Shown here in pieces: positions 8,701 through 21,230 of a stretch of 38,440 nt of DNA (positions are counted from its first letter, which is position 1; each line of letters begins with the position of its first letter). This DNA comes from Chiloscyllium plagiosum (lineage: Eukaryota), in assembly GCF_004010195.1 (NCBI RefSeq), contig NC_057719.1, positions 11,666,737-11,705,176 of the forward strand. Direction: 5' to 3'. A model generated the notes under the pieces. The model was not told the DNA's origin and ran no database searches. It saw nothing but the letters and a program-made list of their open reading frames with translations. A program made the translations under genes and the position numbers.

Positions 8701-11700
8701 CGCAATGGTCCTGCCTAGGTCTTTCAAAGAGCTAACGTTAAGACCTTTTGGGTCAAATGATCTTTCTATTTGATCCACTTACAGCAAAGTCGATAACACA
8801 TTTTACTCAACCATATGAATGGGTTTCTATAGTTTATTATTACATGTTATTAATAATTCTAAACTTAATTTTCACATTTGATCTGTAAATTCTCGGTCCC
8901 ACTTTTAATATTCTAATTTAAATAATTGTGATTTAACTAGGTAGAAAGTGAGCCTGAAACAAGGTCAGGCTCAACTCTTGATGGGGTAAAGTAAAAAACC
9001 ACTACTTTCCATAAAGATTGTATTTGTCTTGTATCTAGAGTATTGAGTGTTGACAATTTTTACCTATCCCCTCTGTTAGCATGTGGTACTATGGAGCTCA
9101 GTAGTATTTCCAGACAGATGGTAGTTCCTTTAGTGTTAACTTCAGCTAATTCAGTTCCAAAATAAAATACTCTATCCACTTGCTGGATAAATTCATTAAT
9201 CATCCAAGATACCTGTTTTTGTGTTTTCTGTTTAGATAAATTATGAAATATTGATATAATGAACCAGGAAGCCACACTTTACAACTTGGCTGCAAAGTTT
9301 CTTTTATGTTTGCTCAAGATTCCTTTTTGAGAATTTTTATTTATCAGAATCTGAGTAATTGTTTCGTGTAAGACTGTAAATGGAATTCTTAAATTCTTCT
9401 TGCACTGAATTTTTGTTAAATGGAGTTGGATGCAATCCAGACTAGAATTTGGGAAGGGATTGGTTACAGTAGTTGCACAACATAATCAAAGGCTTTGCGA
9501 AAACTTTAAATTGCAATGTGACTGTTCAATTGAGGGACGAAAAAGCTCATTTGCTTGCTGCAAATCTTTTTTTAACCTGTTCAAAACGATTGCAAGGTTA
9601 TAAGCCAGTTGAGAAGTTTTTTGTAAATAGTTTCTTTATTAGGTAATTGCATTTTTGGATAATGGTGGGTTGCTTATTGTTTTGATGTTGATGGCTTTTT
9701 GCCACAGTTTTGTTTAGTTAACATGCTTCACTTGGCATCTAACCTATATATTAGGCTACTGAACTTGTTCTGTGATTGTATTGAGTGTGATTAGAATACC
9801 ACACCCAGAAACAGATCCAGAATGGTCAGGCTAATTATGGCATGTCATTCAAGTCTTACCTACTAAGATAATATATAAAAATTCCTTACTCAAAATAACT
9901 AGTTTCCCGAGAGAGTGTTTTCTTTGTAAACCAAAAGTTTATTTTGCCTTCTGCTAGAGTTATTAGGTGCTGTACTATCTGTCTGGATTAGAGATTGAAC
10001 AGCTTTCAATTGATCAACATGGTTTATGCTTGATGATGAGCAAGGCAGTATCGGTTTTGGTTTTCATTTGCATTAATTCAGTATGGTTTTTCTGACGCAA
10101 AAGAGCTCATTGGTAAATTTGTGAAGACATTACAGTAAAACTATAGCATTATGAACCAGTGGTCTGTGTCATATTTATTTACCTTCAAAGCAAGCTAAAT
10201 GGGAACAACTTGGCTAACTGTTCTAAAGTGTCAAATAACAAAACTTTTTTTTTTGACACGTTCACTGAAGAATTCTGCACGTAACCATAGTTTAATATTG
10301 TTGGACTTGGTGCTGGGTCTGCATATTTAAAAATTAATCTGTAAATACTCAGGCACATGGCACAGTATTTACAGATCAGTGACAACTCTCAAGGGACAAG
10401 TATGTCATTTGCCAAAATATAACTGATATATTGCAAAGTCCATTATTACCCAGCTCATCTCCAGTCACCAATGATTTATATAAATTTGTCTTTAGATCTC
10501 CATGTAAAAAATGGAGCAATTGTTTTCAGAGAACAATTTTTATTGCACACCACCTACCACTAAATGCATTCTTCCTCCGACTTGCTGAACTTAACTAATA
10601 AATAAGAAATTTTGCCAAGATTTTTTCATTTCAGAATTCTTAACTGTTCTTAAATTTTTGGTGTACAACTTTGGATCTTAATAGTAATTTCCTTAGACTG
10701 TTCTGCTCAGGGGCAAATGTTTCAGTGAAGACAAATGTTGATGCTATTAATTTAAACTGTTTGTGACTTACTGCAAATGCTGCCAAAGATGGTCGTTGTT
10801 TTCTATGTAAGATGATGGACTGCCAAATCAAATCCATTGGAAATGCTTCATATGCTGGTGCACTCTTGCTGGTGACTCCACGGACCTATCCATGAGATGT
10901 AGGATTTTCCAGAAGTGCTGCATTTGAATTGTTTATTGTGGGTTTTTGATACCTTTTGCCAAGTTGCTAGCATACGGGTAATGTCACCGTTCTACCCTGT
11001 CTTCCACCATCTCCCAGGTCCAGGAATCAATGTGTAGAACCTTCATTTCATGTTTGAAGTAGAGGTTTGTCATTCCAGCTCTCTGTCATTTAGAGAAACG
11101 TTGAACATGTGACCATCTTTATCATGGTCTTGTGCTGGCAAAGTCACCTCAGTGTTATGTTTGCCATTCTACCTTGTATTATTTAATGTTGAAATAATTT
11201 GCATTCAATTCAGGGAAGTCTGACCAGTAAAAAGAAAGCTTTGTTAAATGGATTATTATTCTCAGTGACTTAGGCAAGCAGATTTCCAAAGTGCTAACTC
11301 GCACCTATCTAATTGTATTGTTATAGCAATAACCTTTAGTGACCAGTTCAGAGTCTTGGGTTTACACCTCAACTGCTCCAGAGCTGTGTCATAACAGTAC
11401 TGGCCATTTCATAATTGGGGGTGGGGGAGGAGCAAAAAAGAGAACCACTACTCAGCCTGAGCAACTTATTGGTGACATGTGGCGCAAAGTGCTGATAAAT
11501 ACTATTCAGTAGTTCACTATGCATTAGGGATCATGGGATTCTGACTTGTCAGTGATCAATATACAGTATTATTGAAAAGTGATGTTTGATACTATATTGT
11601 TGAAAAATGATGTGTGAAGGATTTTGCTTTGTTTCTAAAGGTGTGCTGTATTAATACGGGCTCTATATATTTCATATGTATAACTAGCTCTGTCATTTCC

Positions 11701-11824
11701 AAGTTATTAAAATAGATCAATTTGGAGCTGTGTGGTTGATATAATCATGCAACTATGATTAGATGTGTTTTGACATCATAGTTATAATTAGACTATTTGA
11801 TTATATTGCTTTTTCTAAATTGCT

Positions 11825-12175
11825 AATTCATTCAGGTGTCAAGGCCAGTATATATTGCCCTTGAGAATGTGATGTTGAACCTTGAAATAACTGAGTGGCT
11901 TTCTTGGACATATCAGAGAGCAATTAATGACTGTGAGACTGAAATTGTGTGGAGATCAGACTGGATAAGGATGGCAAAATTCCTGGCCTGATATTAGTCT
12001 CCGAGGGTGTTTTATGACAATTATTCATGAACACTATTATTGAGACTGGCTTTTTGTTCCAGATATATTTCATTAACTGAATGCAAAATCTGCAGCTTCC
12101 ACGATGAGATTTCAATTTGCTTTCAGAACATGAGACCAGGCCTCTAGATCACTAATCCACTATTGTATCCATGTT
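11825..12175 (-). mobile_element. Old SINE-like repeat
   Basis: Minus strand has a decayed tRNA-like head near 12100-12175 and a GGGCAATATATACTGGC..GAATGAAT tail. The tail resembles the 3' end of the LINE at 23400-24260. Confidence 0.5.
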
Positions 12176-12439
12176 TCTACCAAACCTCTTAATTAGAGAT
12201 GATCATATCTGTAAGTAAGCAGTGGTTATAATGACCCCACAGAGCTAGGGGAAGCTGAATAAATGAAATCTGTGAAGAAGCAAACAGTTGAAGCTGGTTC
12301 TGTAAATTATAAAGGAGCTGAAATCCTGACTTTTTCCCAAAGCAATACCTGGAAACCTTAAGGTCTAGATTGCTGAAATGAAAGAACGTTTATTATCAAG
12401 GTGAAATATTGCTCTTACGGTTAATAGCATTCGTTTTCC

Positions 12440-13110
12440 AACCTGCCAGACATATTCCCCTCCCCTCCCTTGTCAACATTCCACAGGGACCATTCCGTCT
12501 GGCATACCTTGGTCCGCTCCTCCACTCCCAACATCTCCAGAACCCCACAACTTCCCATGCAATTGCAGAAGGTGCAACACCTGTTTGTTTCCCCCCTCCA
12601 TCCTGACTATCCAAGTCTCCAGACACACTTTCCAGGTGCAAAGATTTACCTGCACTTGATTTCATTTAGTTTGTTGTCGCTCACAATGTTGCCTCATCTA
12701 CGTTGAGACAAAACTACAGACTGACTGCTTTGTGGAAATCCTACATTATGTCTGTAAACATTACCTTGAGCTTCCAATTGCCTGCCACCATGTCCCCATG
12801 CCAACATTTGTCTCAGGCCTGCTGCAGTGCCCCAACAAGGTTTGACGCAAGCTTGAAGAACAGTACATCTTTTGGTTTGGGATCTTGTAGTCTTCTGGAT
12901 TCAACTTCTTAATTAGTAATTTTAGAATAACCATTGGCAATGTCAATGAAGGTGCTGGCGAACCTCAGTTGGTCTGGCAGCATCTTTGGAAAGAAGTTAA
13001 TATTGCAAGTCCAGCCTCCCTCCTTCAGAACTGTTTAGATGGGCTGTTTCATCTTTACAGGTGCTGCCAAGCCAGTTGCATTTCTCCAGTAACATCTGTT
13101 TTTGTTTGAA
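12440..13110 (+). mobile_element. Decayed Penelope-like element (Cys-rich linker and GIY-YIG remnant) followed by inverted family-B arms
   Basis: Frameshifted FPCNCRRCNTC, FQV..FTC and C..C.LIYV-ETK.RL motifs. Hairpin arms at ~12950-13110. Confidence 0.7.
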
Positions 13111-14484
13111 CTTGTGGACACTTGGTTCGTATCCTTGCTGCAATGTGGTACTAAATTGCTAACATTGTTTCACATTCTGGCTATCTAGGAACCTGTACCT
13201 ATGGATCAACTTTTCAGTTTTCTTTCTCTGCTGGAACAGTATTGAGTACTTTTATAGTGGATCAAATAATCTTATCTTGGAAGCAAAACTGTTGAGACTC
13301 CTAACACTTTTAAAGTGCCACCTGTTCCTGTTGTGAATCAATCAGATTCTTTGTCTAACATCAGGTCTTTGATAAATCCTAGATTCCTTCTGTTTATAGG
13401 AATGAGCACTCTATTGGATCATTAGCATTTGTCTCCCATCAATTTACCTCTATCTTTACTCCATAACTCATCGGTTCTTTCCCATAACAACACTTGATCA
13501 CTATCTTGGAAATTTCCGTTAAATACCGTTAAATACCAACATCCAGCAGCCAACACAATACCCTAGATGATGTCTGAGCAGCATACTGCATCACTGACAC
13601 TTTCTTTTGAATTCCAAATCCCTTGAGATATTGACCAACATTCATGTTTAATATTAATTTTGTACCTGTGCAATTGATTTGTTTGAGGTTATCATTAAGG
13701 CCCTGGTTCCTCAGTCTTGACCTGCACATGAGACATGGTGACCCTCCGGTTAAACCACCACTGGTCATTTTTCTGGGAAAGCAGCTCTGTGGTACTGATT
13801 GGCAATGGCAATTTTACCCTTGCGTTTCATGTGGGTATCCCTTCTACCTCTACCCTTCCTAGTCTCTCGTATTAAATTGAAATCTAATTTATCCTTTTTC
13901 TAAATTCAAAATGCCTTACACATCTCTATATTGAACTCCATTAACTTAGTCTTTCTGTCCCTTTAACAGCTGTTCAGTGTGGTGAAAACTTAAGCTGTAT
14001 ACAGCAGCCTTGGCTTATGTGCCACAGATTCCTGAGAATTTTGGAGCAGTCCCTCATGATCAGTGAGAACTTTTCAACTTTGTTTAGCCTTAGCTTAGTT
14101 TCACTCTCAGTATTTTCTTTGCCAAGAATTGCCAGCTTCTCCATTTCTTACTGTATGCTTCTCCCTTAACTTTTTGTTCTTTGTTGCAACGTTCATGTAC
14201 ATGTGTCAATGTCTACATGATTGGTTTCCTTGCTGATCTTTCTTCTGTACCTATGTCCTTTTCAACACCCCTATTAACTTGTCTTTCTGCTGAAGAGCTA
14301 GGTAGATCCCCTGAATCCCATATCTATTGTAAGTAAAGAAGTTGGGTTCATAGACATATTGCTCACTTCCACTCTCCTTTCTGATTCTGAAACCTTGTTC
14401 AAAGTCTTGATCTTCTGACTCTGATCTCTTAATTCTCTTTACCCATGTCCCCACAGACAAGCACAAACATTGATAGCAGTGATA

Positions 14485-14690
14485 AAAACCAAATGCTGGA
14501 GAAATGTAGCAGGTTTGCTGGAGATAAATGTTTTGAATCCGAAATGATTTTTCTTCACGCTTGTTTGGGTGTCTTTGTTCCAAAGAGGATTTGGATTGGA
14601 TTCTGTCCAATCTGCTCTCTCTCCACAGATATTGTGGGACCTGCTAAGTTTTACCTGTACTTTGTTTTATTTTAGCATCCACAGTACCAA
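14485..14690. mobile_element. Old palindromic PLE-derived element, family B-like
   Basis: AAATGCTGGAGAAATGTAGCAGGT is inverted against CTCTCCACAGAT..GACCTGCTAAGTTTT. Confidence 0.55.
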
Positions 14691-14994
14691 CTTTTTATTT
14701 ATTGTTAGTGGTGGTTAATATTAACATAACATTTGCTTATGTTTGTGAGCTCCATTGCAGGTTCAAAGCAAACTGAGGCAGTTCTGCTAAATTAAACACT
14801 GATGCAGATCATGTAGCAGGGAACTTGGTGTGTCAATTACCACGAGTCAAACTGTGGGATCTCAAAAGATTAGTGTACTTGTATTTTCTAAACTCATATT
14901 AGCCTGAAAGTATGGATAGAGTATTGTTCATTATTCTTGGGGAGGGGTGGCAGGATGAAATGCTGTATTGTCAACCATGTTTCAGTGGTAATAC

Positions 14995-15145
14995 ATGTGC
15001 TTCTGAGTTTAAAGGTGATGAGTTGAAGTCCCACTCCAAAGATTTGGGCTTTAGTGTAGGTTGACTCAGTCCAGTGCTGAGGGAATGCAGCATTCAGTTA
15101 AGATGAGCAAAAATCTCATCTTTGTTCTGCAATAAAAGATCCAGT
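14995..15145 (+). mobile_element. Deu-domain-like SINE fragment
   Basis: B-box-like GTTGAAGTCCCACTCCA and AGGTTGACTC..AGTGCTGAGGGAATGCAGCA. Related fragments at ~17120-17220 (-), ~18500-18715 (-) and ~19845-19990 (+). Confidence 0.5.
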
Positions 15146-15147
15146 GA

Positions 15148-16380
15148 CAAAAACAGTGCTTGAAATACGCAGCAGGTCTGGCAGCATCTATGTAAAGTGA
15201 AAAAGTTAATCTTTTGAGTTCAGTCACACTTTGTCAGAACTGAAAGCAGCTGAAAAACTGCAATTATGATGAAGATGGGGTAGAAAAGTGAATAGATGGA
15301 GACGAATCAGGGAGAGATGGAAGGGAAGCAAACTTAGAGATTGCTGATAGCAAGCTGGTGAATAAGTGGATGCTGAATAGGTGAAGGCAGGAATTTCAAA
15401 TGATTGAAAGTGGGCTGCTTGTCCTGGGAGCAACCCATACAGAATCCTCCATACAGGGATGAGCATGGAGGGAGATGTTCGCACTGAAATTGGTAAACTC
15501 TTGAGGACTGTAAGTTATTAGGCTGAAGATCTGTTGTTCTCCAGTTTGCATTGAGCTTTAGAGCACTGCAGCAGGTCTGACACACCTGCATAGAGCATGG
15601 TGTGGAATGTAGCTGGAAACTCGGTCACTTTTAACAGAGCATATGTTTGGCAAAGTGATTGCCCAGTCTCTGTTTTGTCTCCCCAGTGTAGAGACCATGT
15701 TGTGAGTAGTGAAAACAAGTAGATTGAATCTCTGCTTCATCTGAAAGGTGTGCCTGGAGCCTTTGATAGTGAGGAAGGAGGAGGTAAGCAGTCAAGTGTT
15801 GCATCTCCTGCAGGCGCATGGGAAAGTGCCACGAGGGTATGAGGAGCTATTGAGAATGGAGGAGCAATGGACCAGCGTGTCCCTGAGGAAACTGTCCCTG
15901 GGGAATGTTGGCAAGTGAGGAAATGTCTGGTGGTGCTATCCCACAGAAGGTGGTGGAAATGACAGCTCGTGATGTTTCAACTCTGGAGACTGCTGAGTGG
16001 AAAGTGAAAACAAGTGGTCCCTATCCTTGATGTGAAAGAAAACAGGTAAGGTGCAGGAAATGGGCTAGATGTGGCTGAGGATCCTGTTAACCACGTAACA
16101 GGGAACATTAGGTTGAGGAAAAAGGTGGATGTCTAAGACCCTCATGGAGGGTGGTGACAGGAATGAGAACCTGAGAAAGATGCAGTGGAGTCCCTACAGG
16201 AGGCAGGGTGTGAGGATGCATGGTCGAAGTAACTGTAGGAATCAGTGGGCTTGTAATGAATATCAGTAGCCAGTCTACTCTCAGAAGTGGAAACAAAACT
16301 CCAAGAAAGGGAAGAGTCAGATGGGCCAAGTGAAGCTGAGGGAAATATGGAAATTTGATGCAAATTGATTTTCTAATTCT
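15148..16380 (-). mobile_element. Decayed Penelope-like retroelement (RT thumb, GIY-YIG, terminal repeat family B)
   Basis: Minus-strand ORF pieces LPFL.., RLATDIHYKPTDSYSYFDHASSHPASCRDS and GLYTGETKQRLGNHFAKH. Family-B arm at 15148-15240. Confidence 0.85.
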
Positions 16381-17609
16381 TGACTAGTTTGAAGCACAAA
16401 GTTTTGAGGGAGGTACCTTTGGTAGTACTGGAATATGGAATGTTCTGTGTACCTCTGAGACTGGCTCCAAGCCCCATAGCAATATCTTTGACATGAAGAA
16501 AGTGGGAGGATTAAAAGATGCAGTGACATTGTTGGAGGAGCAGAGGAATGTGTACTGAGTTGTCCTAAGTGCTGGCAGCTATTAGTTCTATTTTACAGCA
16601 TTCCAAAAAAAACCTGGTCAGGACAAAGAGTAAGTCATTGTGGTGATGAGTTTTGCACTCTTCCAGTAGTGTGAAAACATTGTACAAATGTATGTCCTTT
16701 CCTAAGTGCAAGAGTTCTGCCTGGTCATTTTTAGGCTGATGCTGCTTTTGCAACAAGAGAACTGTACGGTGTGTGCAGAGTTGGTTTGCACCTATAAAAG
16801 GGAGTGTTCTTAGATAATGTCATTAAACCTTATCTGCAAATTGGAACTGCTATTTCAAGCCTCACTTTAGTATGATTGTTAAACCCTTGAGAGAATTTGA
16901 ATTTGTCACAGCTTCAAGCTATTCCAAAGCATTTTGCTTGCACCAAATTACTTTTGAAATAGCCAAATATGTAACCAAATAGAGAATTTAATTTATGTTC
17001 ACATCCCAGATTCAGCAAATTCTCGTTTTGACCATGCAAGGATCTTGTGACTTTTAGAGCCATCTACGAAAATAAATAAAATTTTGGTTTGTTGACAGAA
17101 ATTGGTTCAATATGTCAAAGACTGTAACTGTGCAGCAGTTCATGCAGCACTGCTGTGTGATGGATTGTGCTTAAATGCTGTTGCTTGTGAAACTACAGCG
17201 TTTGCTGCCATCTGAATCAAGTAACCTTTTCTCTGTCATAGTAAATAAATTGTGCTGAAATTAATTTTTTATTGTTTGCAATATTTTGCTTTCATCTACT
17301 TTTTCACATGCAAAGATCCAGTTTATTGAATAGTGGCCAAGTTATATAAATTGAACTGGCTTTATTCAATTTCAGTCAGTACTTGGGCCTGTGTATGTGG
17401 TAATGGGTTAGAAATGAAAATTGTTCCATATGTATTTGCTTTTGTATAGTACTGTTTCTAACCTGCATCTGCAATTTATAGACCACAATGAATGTTGTCC
17501 CTGTCATTCCAGGCACTTGATGCATGTTGTTTCTCCCAGTAGAAAGAAATTCTAAATCTTGGTGTCCTTAATGAGCACCTTTCCTGTGGACACACTTAGT
17601 GAGTTTTGA

Positions 17610-18160
17610 CGTCTCGGGAATGACTGCCAGATTACTCAGCACACTAAAACAGTGGCTAATGAACGTGCAAGACCCTATACAGACAATGAGCAAAACTAAT
17701 GTCATTTATGAAATACTGTGCAAGGACTGCAACAAACACTACATTGGACAAACAGGTAGAAAACTAGCCACCAGAATACATGAACACCAACTAGCCACAA
17801 AAAGACATGATCCTCTCTCACTAGTATCCTCACATATGGATGAGGAAGGCCACCACTTCGACTGGGACAACACATCCATCCTAGGACAAGCCAAACAAAG
17901 ACATGTGCGAGAATTCCTAGGGGCATGGCACTCCAACCGGAACAAACCCATTGAGTTAGACCCCATCTACCACCCCCTGAGAAAAGGAACAGGAAGTGAT
18001 TTTGGCACAGGAAATGACATCACCAACCCAAAGAAACACAAATAGATAACAGGAATTTTAGTATTGGTTTGCATGAGGCCCACTGAAGATGTTACCTAAT
18101 AGGGTAACGAAATGCCTGAAAATGTACGTTTCAGCTCAGCGAGCAAACCTACATCCAACA
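17610..18160 (+). mobile_element. Penelope-like element 3' part, family D: GIY-YIG endonuclease (open to 18045) and 3' region with hammerhead motif
   Basis: KTNVIYEILCKDCNKHYIGQTGRKLATRIHEH...H....HHFDWDNTSIL is a PLE GIY-YIG with the CxxC insert. It is 5'-truncated and has no RT. Confidence 0.92.
18080..18119 (+). ncRNA. Minimal hammerhead ribozyme-like motif (family D), partly decayed
   Basis: CA-CTGAAGA-T-GTTACC-TAATAG-GGTAAC-GAAA-TG-CC-TG. Perfect 6-bp stem II, located just after the GIY-YIG stop codon. The UH position is mutated. Confidence 0.6.
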
Positions 18161-19299
18161 CTTCTATTCGGGCAACTTTCCCCTATATCTCAACAGTACT
18201 AACATTATTTTGGTAACATTGCATCCTAATCGTCCTTTGGAACTCCTTGGACATTTCCTCACTGTCTCTTGGTACACCACAAAATGCTCGATGCCGTTTT
18301 GTGGCTCTTACTTTCAAAGCAGTACTCTTGTTCAAAGAATGATCTGACTTGTTTGTAGAAGTAGGAAATCCTTAATTTGCATACAGTCTCTTTTGTTCTC
18401 AGGTTGTCCCAACAACACATTGCAGGTTTGAAATGTAAGCAGAAGTAGCTCCCAACTTAGATACAGCCAGGTTTCCAAAAAAAGTGAAGTAACCAACCAT
18501 GGTTCAGAGATAAATGTTGATTAGCAAACAGCTAGCTCACTCCTCTCTAAGTGGTGTTATGGAGTATTCTGTCAACCTAAGTGGGCAAATGGAGCCTTGG
18601 GTTAAAAGATCTGTCAGCACTGCACTGAGTGTCATCAAATTTGTGCTCACATCTTTGGTGTGGGTCTTGAACATAACGTTGCAATGTTGAAGCAAATGTT
18701 ATTATCTCAGACACAATATCACCACAGACTATTAAAGCCCAACTGGCTGACCCTTTTTGGTCTCCAGAATCGTTTTTCTATATGCTCAACAAGCCTCTCA
18801 GTTTAGAGAGATTTTCGAAGCTTTAAAAATCTACTTATTTACTGACATTATGGTTGAATTCACTTCTGTTCTATAAAACATCTTTTGCATTAGCCCTTTC
18901 ACTTTCTGTATGTTGGTGATAAATACTTGGAAATTCACTGATTTTAAACAGACTGCCATCCCAAAAATATTAAGTATACCTGTATTCACTAATCTGAGGC
19001 GGCTTTTCAGTTCTATATAATTTTTGAGGAAGTTGACTGTATATTTAAATGATGAAAATATATATTTTGTTGATAGTCTTACCCATAAAAACCTTCCCAT
19101 GACTTTTATTTTTAAAGGCAGGCCTTTTCTCCATGGACACTTGGCATGTATGTTTTCTTTCATCGGATTGTCTGGTGATAAATGTATTAAAAGCCAAAGT
19201 CTTCTGCCTCTATGGCAGCTTCCTTGATGACAAAGAAAGCCAACTCTGCTCTCGGTCAAGGAACTAGCCTGTCAGATGTGAGAAAACGTGTTTTTGCTA

Positions 19300-19740
19300 A
19301 GAGCAGATATATACTGCTGAGGCTGTATAAAGCTCTGGTCAGACCACGTTTTGAATATTATGAGCAGTTTGTGCCCCGTATCCAAGAAAGAATGTCGTCT
19401 TAATGTCCACAACGGATAGTGTGGATATTGAGAAGATGACCCCGCTAGTGGGAGAGACTAGGACCCAAGGACGCATCCTCAGAGTGAAGGGCCGTCTCTT
19501 TAGAAATGAGATGAGGAAGTTCCTCAGCCAAGGATTTGTTAATCTGCGGAATTCATTGCTGCAGAAGACTGTGGAGGCCAAATCATTGTGTGTATTTAAA
19601 GCGAAGGGTGGTTTGTATGGGAATCAAGAGTTACAGGGAAAAGGCAGGGGAATGGGGTTGAGAAACAGGTGATCGAATAACAGCGAAGTTGATGGGATGA
19701 ATGGCCTAATTTTGCTCCGATATCTTATGCTGTTATGGCT
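19300..19740 (+). mobile_element. CR1 LINE 3' portion
   Basis: LLRLYKALVRPRFEY and ETRTQGRILRVKGRLFRNEMRKFLSQ motifs, with a TCTTATG-type tail. Confidence 0.88.
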
Positions 19741-20761
19741 TAGTTTGCAAAGAGCTCAGGTAGTATTTGGAGTGTTAAATTTATGTTCAGAGTAAATGTT
19801 GAAATATATTAAGGTATGATCAGATAAATTTCTGACCCCACTTTATTAGCTGTGGGTCATTAGCAGCACTCTTGCCTCGAACTCAAAGGCTGCAAGTTTC
19901 AGCCCTATCCAGAGACTTGGCTCCATTATTAGATGTACTCTTGTTTGTATGAGGCATTAGACCAAGACCTCACCTGCACGTTGTCTTTCAATAATGAAGT
20001 TTTTCGTGTTTATCTGTCATTTCTTTTGCATTGCAATAGTGGATATTTTGGATGTAACTCTAAGATTGTTTGGATGTCCAATGGCTTTTTATAAATGCAA
20101 ACTATATGAAAATTGAAGATAATCAGTACCTGCAGTCACTTTTTCCATTAACTTGAATGTGCATACTTTTAAGGGAATTAGATAGACCTGATATGTTGTA
20201 AACAGACCCTTTCAGATGCTCAGTACCAACTCTCTCAGGAGAATGTAATTAAAATGTTACACTAGCAATTACAATTAGAAATGTTGATGGAAATTTTTAA
20301 TGTGCAAAAACAAGGACAGGACAGCTTATGTGACTTTATACCCGGCATGTGATTATGTCTCCATGTCTTTGTTCAGATATCCCTGTGCTATTGTTTCTGA
20401 AGACTCTTCTGAACTACTTTTCCTTGACTGCTTTCATTTTATGTTTTAACATGAACTATTCTTTGTGCACAATTTGATTGTGTCTCATGCTTTCTGTCAC
20501 ATTTTTTGTGACTTCTGATTACTTAATTTGCTCTCATTAGCACCTTATCTGTGTAACAATATTATCTGTGAATGACAGACCCACAAAGGTACTTGTTAAT
20601 CATTGTTATGCCACCTTGAGACAGAATGATAGGTAAAATGCAAACAGTTGTCAAAACTTGTATTACCTGGAATTTGGTGGGGTGGGGGTGGTTTGGGAAG
20701 TCCATTTAAACTCTACATCTGGATTTACTTTCTTCCATCATTGGCTACCTCTATAAACCTG

Positions 20762-20978
20762 AAAATGTGTTGCTGGAAAAACGCAGCAGGTCAGGCAGCA
20801 TCCAAGGAACAGGAGAATCGACGTTTCGGGCATAAGCCCTTCTTCACAATACCATAGGGATATCTGAAGAAGGGTTTATGCCCAAAACGTCGATTTTCCT
20901 GTTCCTTGGATGCTGCCTGACCTGCGCTTTTCCAGCACACTTTCAGCTCTGATTTCCAGCATCTGCAGCCCTCACTTT
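20762..20978 (+). mobile_element. Palindromic PLE-derived mini-element, family A, with perfect 16-bp TSD
   Basis: TACCTCTATAAACCTG at 20746-20761 and 20979-20994. Inverted arms of ~80 bp around an 18-nt spacer (20847-20864), each arm carrying a hammerhead-like core. Confidence 0.9.
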
Positions 20979-21230
20979 TACCTCTATAAACCTGGCAAGA
21001 ATGTAAAATTCCCGCTTGCAGTAAGTGGCAAGTAATGCAGATGCATTTAAGCAGAGGCCAGATGTGTACATGAGAGAATAGAAGCAAATGTTGTGATGGT
21101 GGATGACAGCTGCCTTGAGCAAAAATACACTTACAGATCTGATGGGCTGAATGACCTGTTTGTTCTATGTAACTGTTCAATTTTTAAAATGAGTAAAACT
21201 CAATATGGTACTGCAGTATTTTTAACAACT

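Noticed and set aside
10030..10098. Box C/D snoRNA (ATGATGA...CTGA)
   Set aside because: The terminal stem is weak, there are no clear C'/D' boxes and I recognise no rRNA or snRNA complementarity. Such motif pairs are common by chance.
13690..13822. Possible old LINE/SINE 3' end (GTGACCCTCCGGTTAAACCACCAC..TTTACCCT)
   Set aside because: It looks repeat-like but has no second copy in the window, and I cannot assign it with confidence.
17599..18045. 148-aa GIY-YIG ORF as a domesticated nuclease gene
   Set aside because: It has no ATG at its start and no promoter or splice context, and is followed directly by the PLE 3' region. It is best explained as a 5'-truncated insertion.
18831..19259. 142-aa minus-strand ORF
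   Set aside because: AT-rich, with no recognisable domain or exon signals. Probably a chance ORF.
20762..20978. DNA-transposon MITE, bacterial terminator or CRISPR-like interpretation of the palindromes
   Set aside because: The arms are asymmetric with an unpaired 3' end, TSD length varies, and the context is vertebrate and PLE-linked. There is no repeat-spacer array anywhere in the window.
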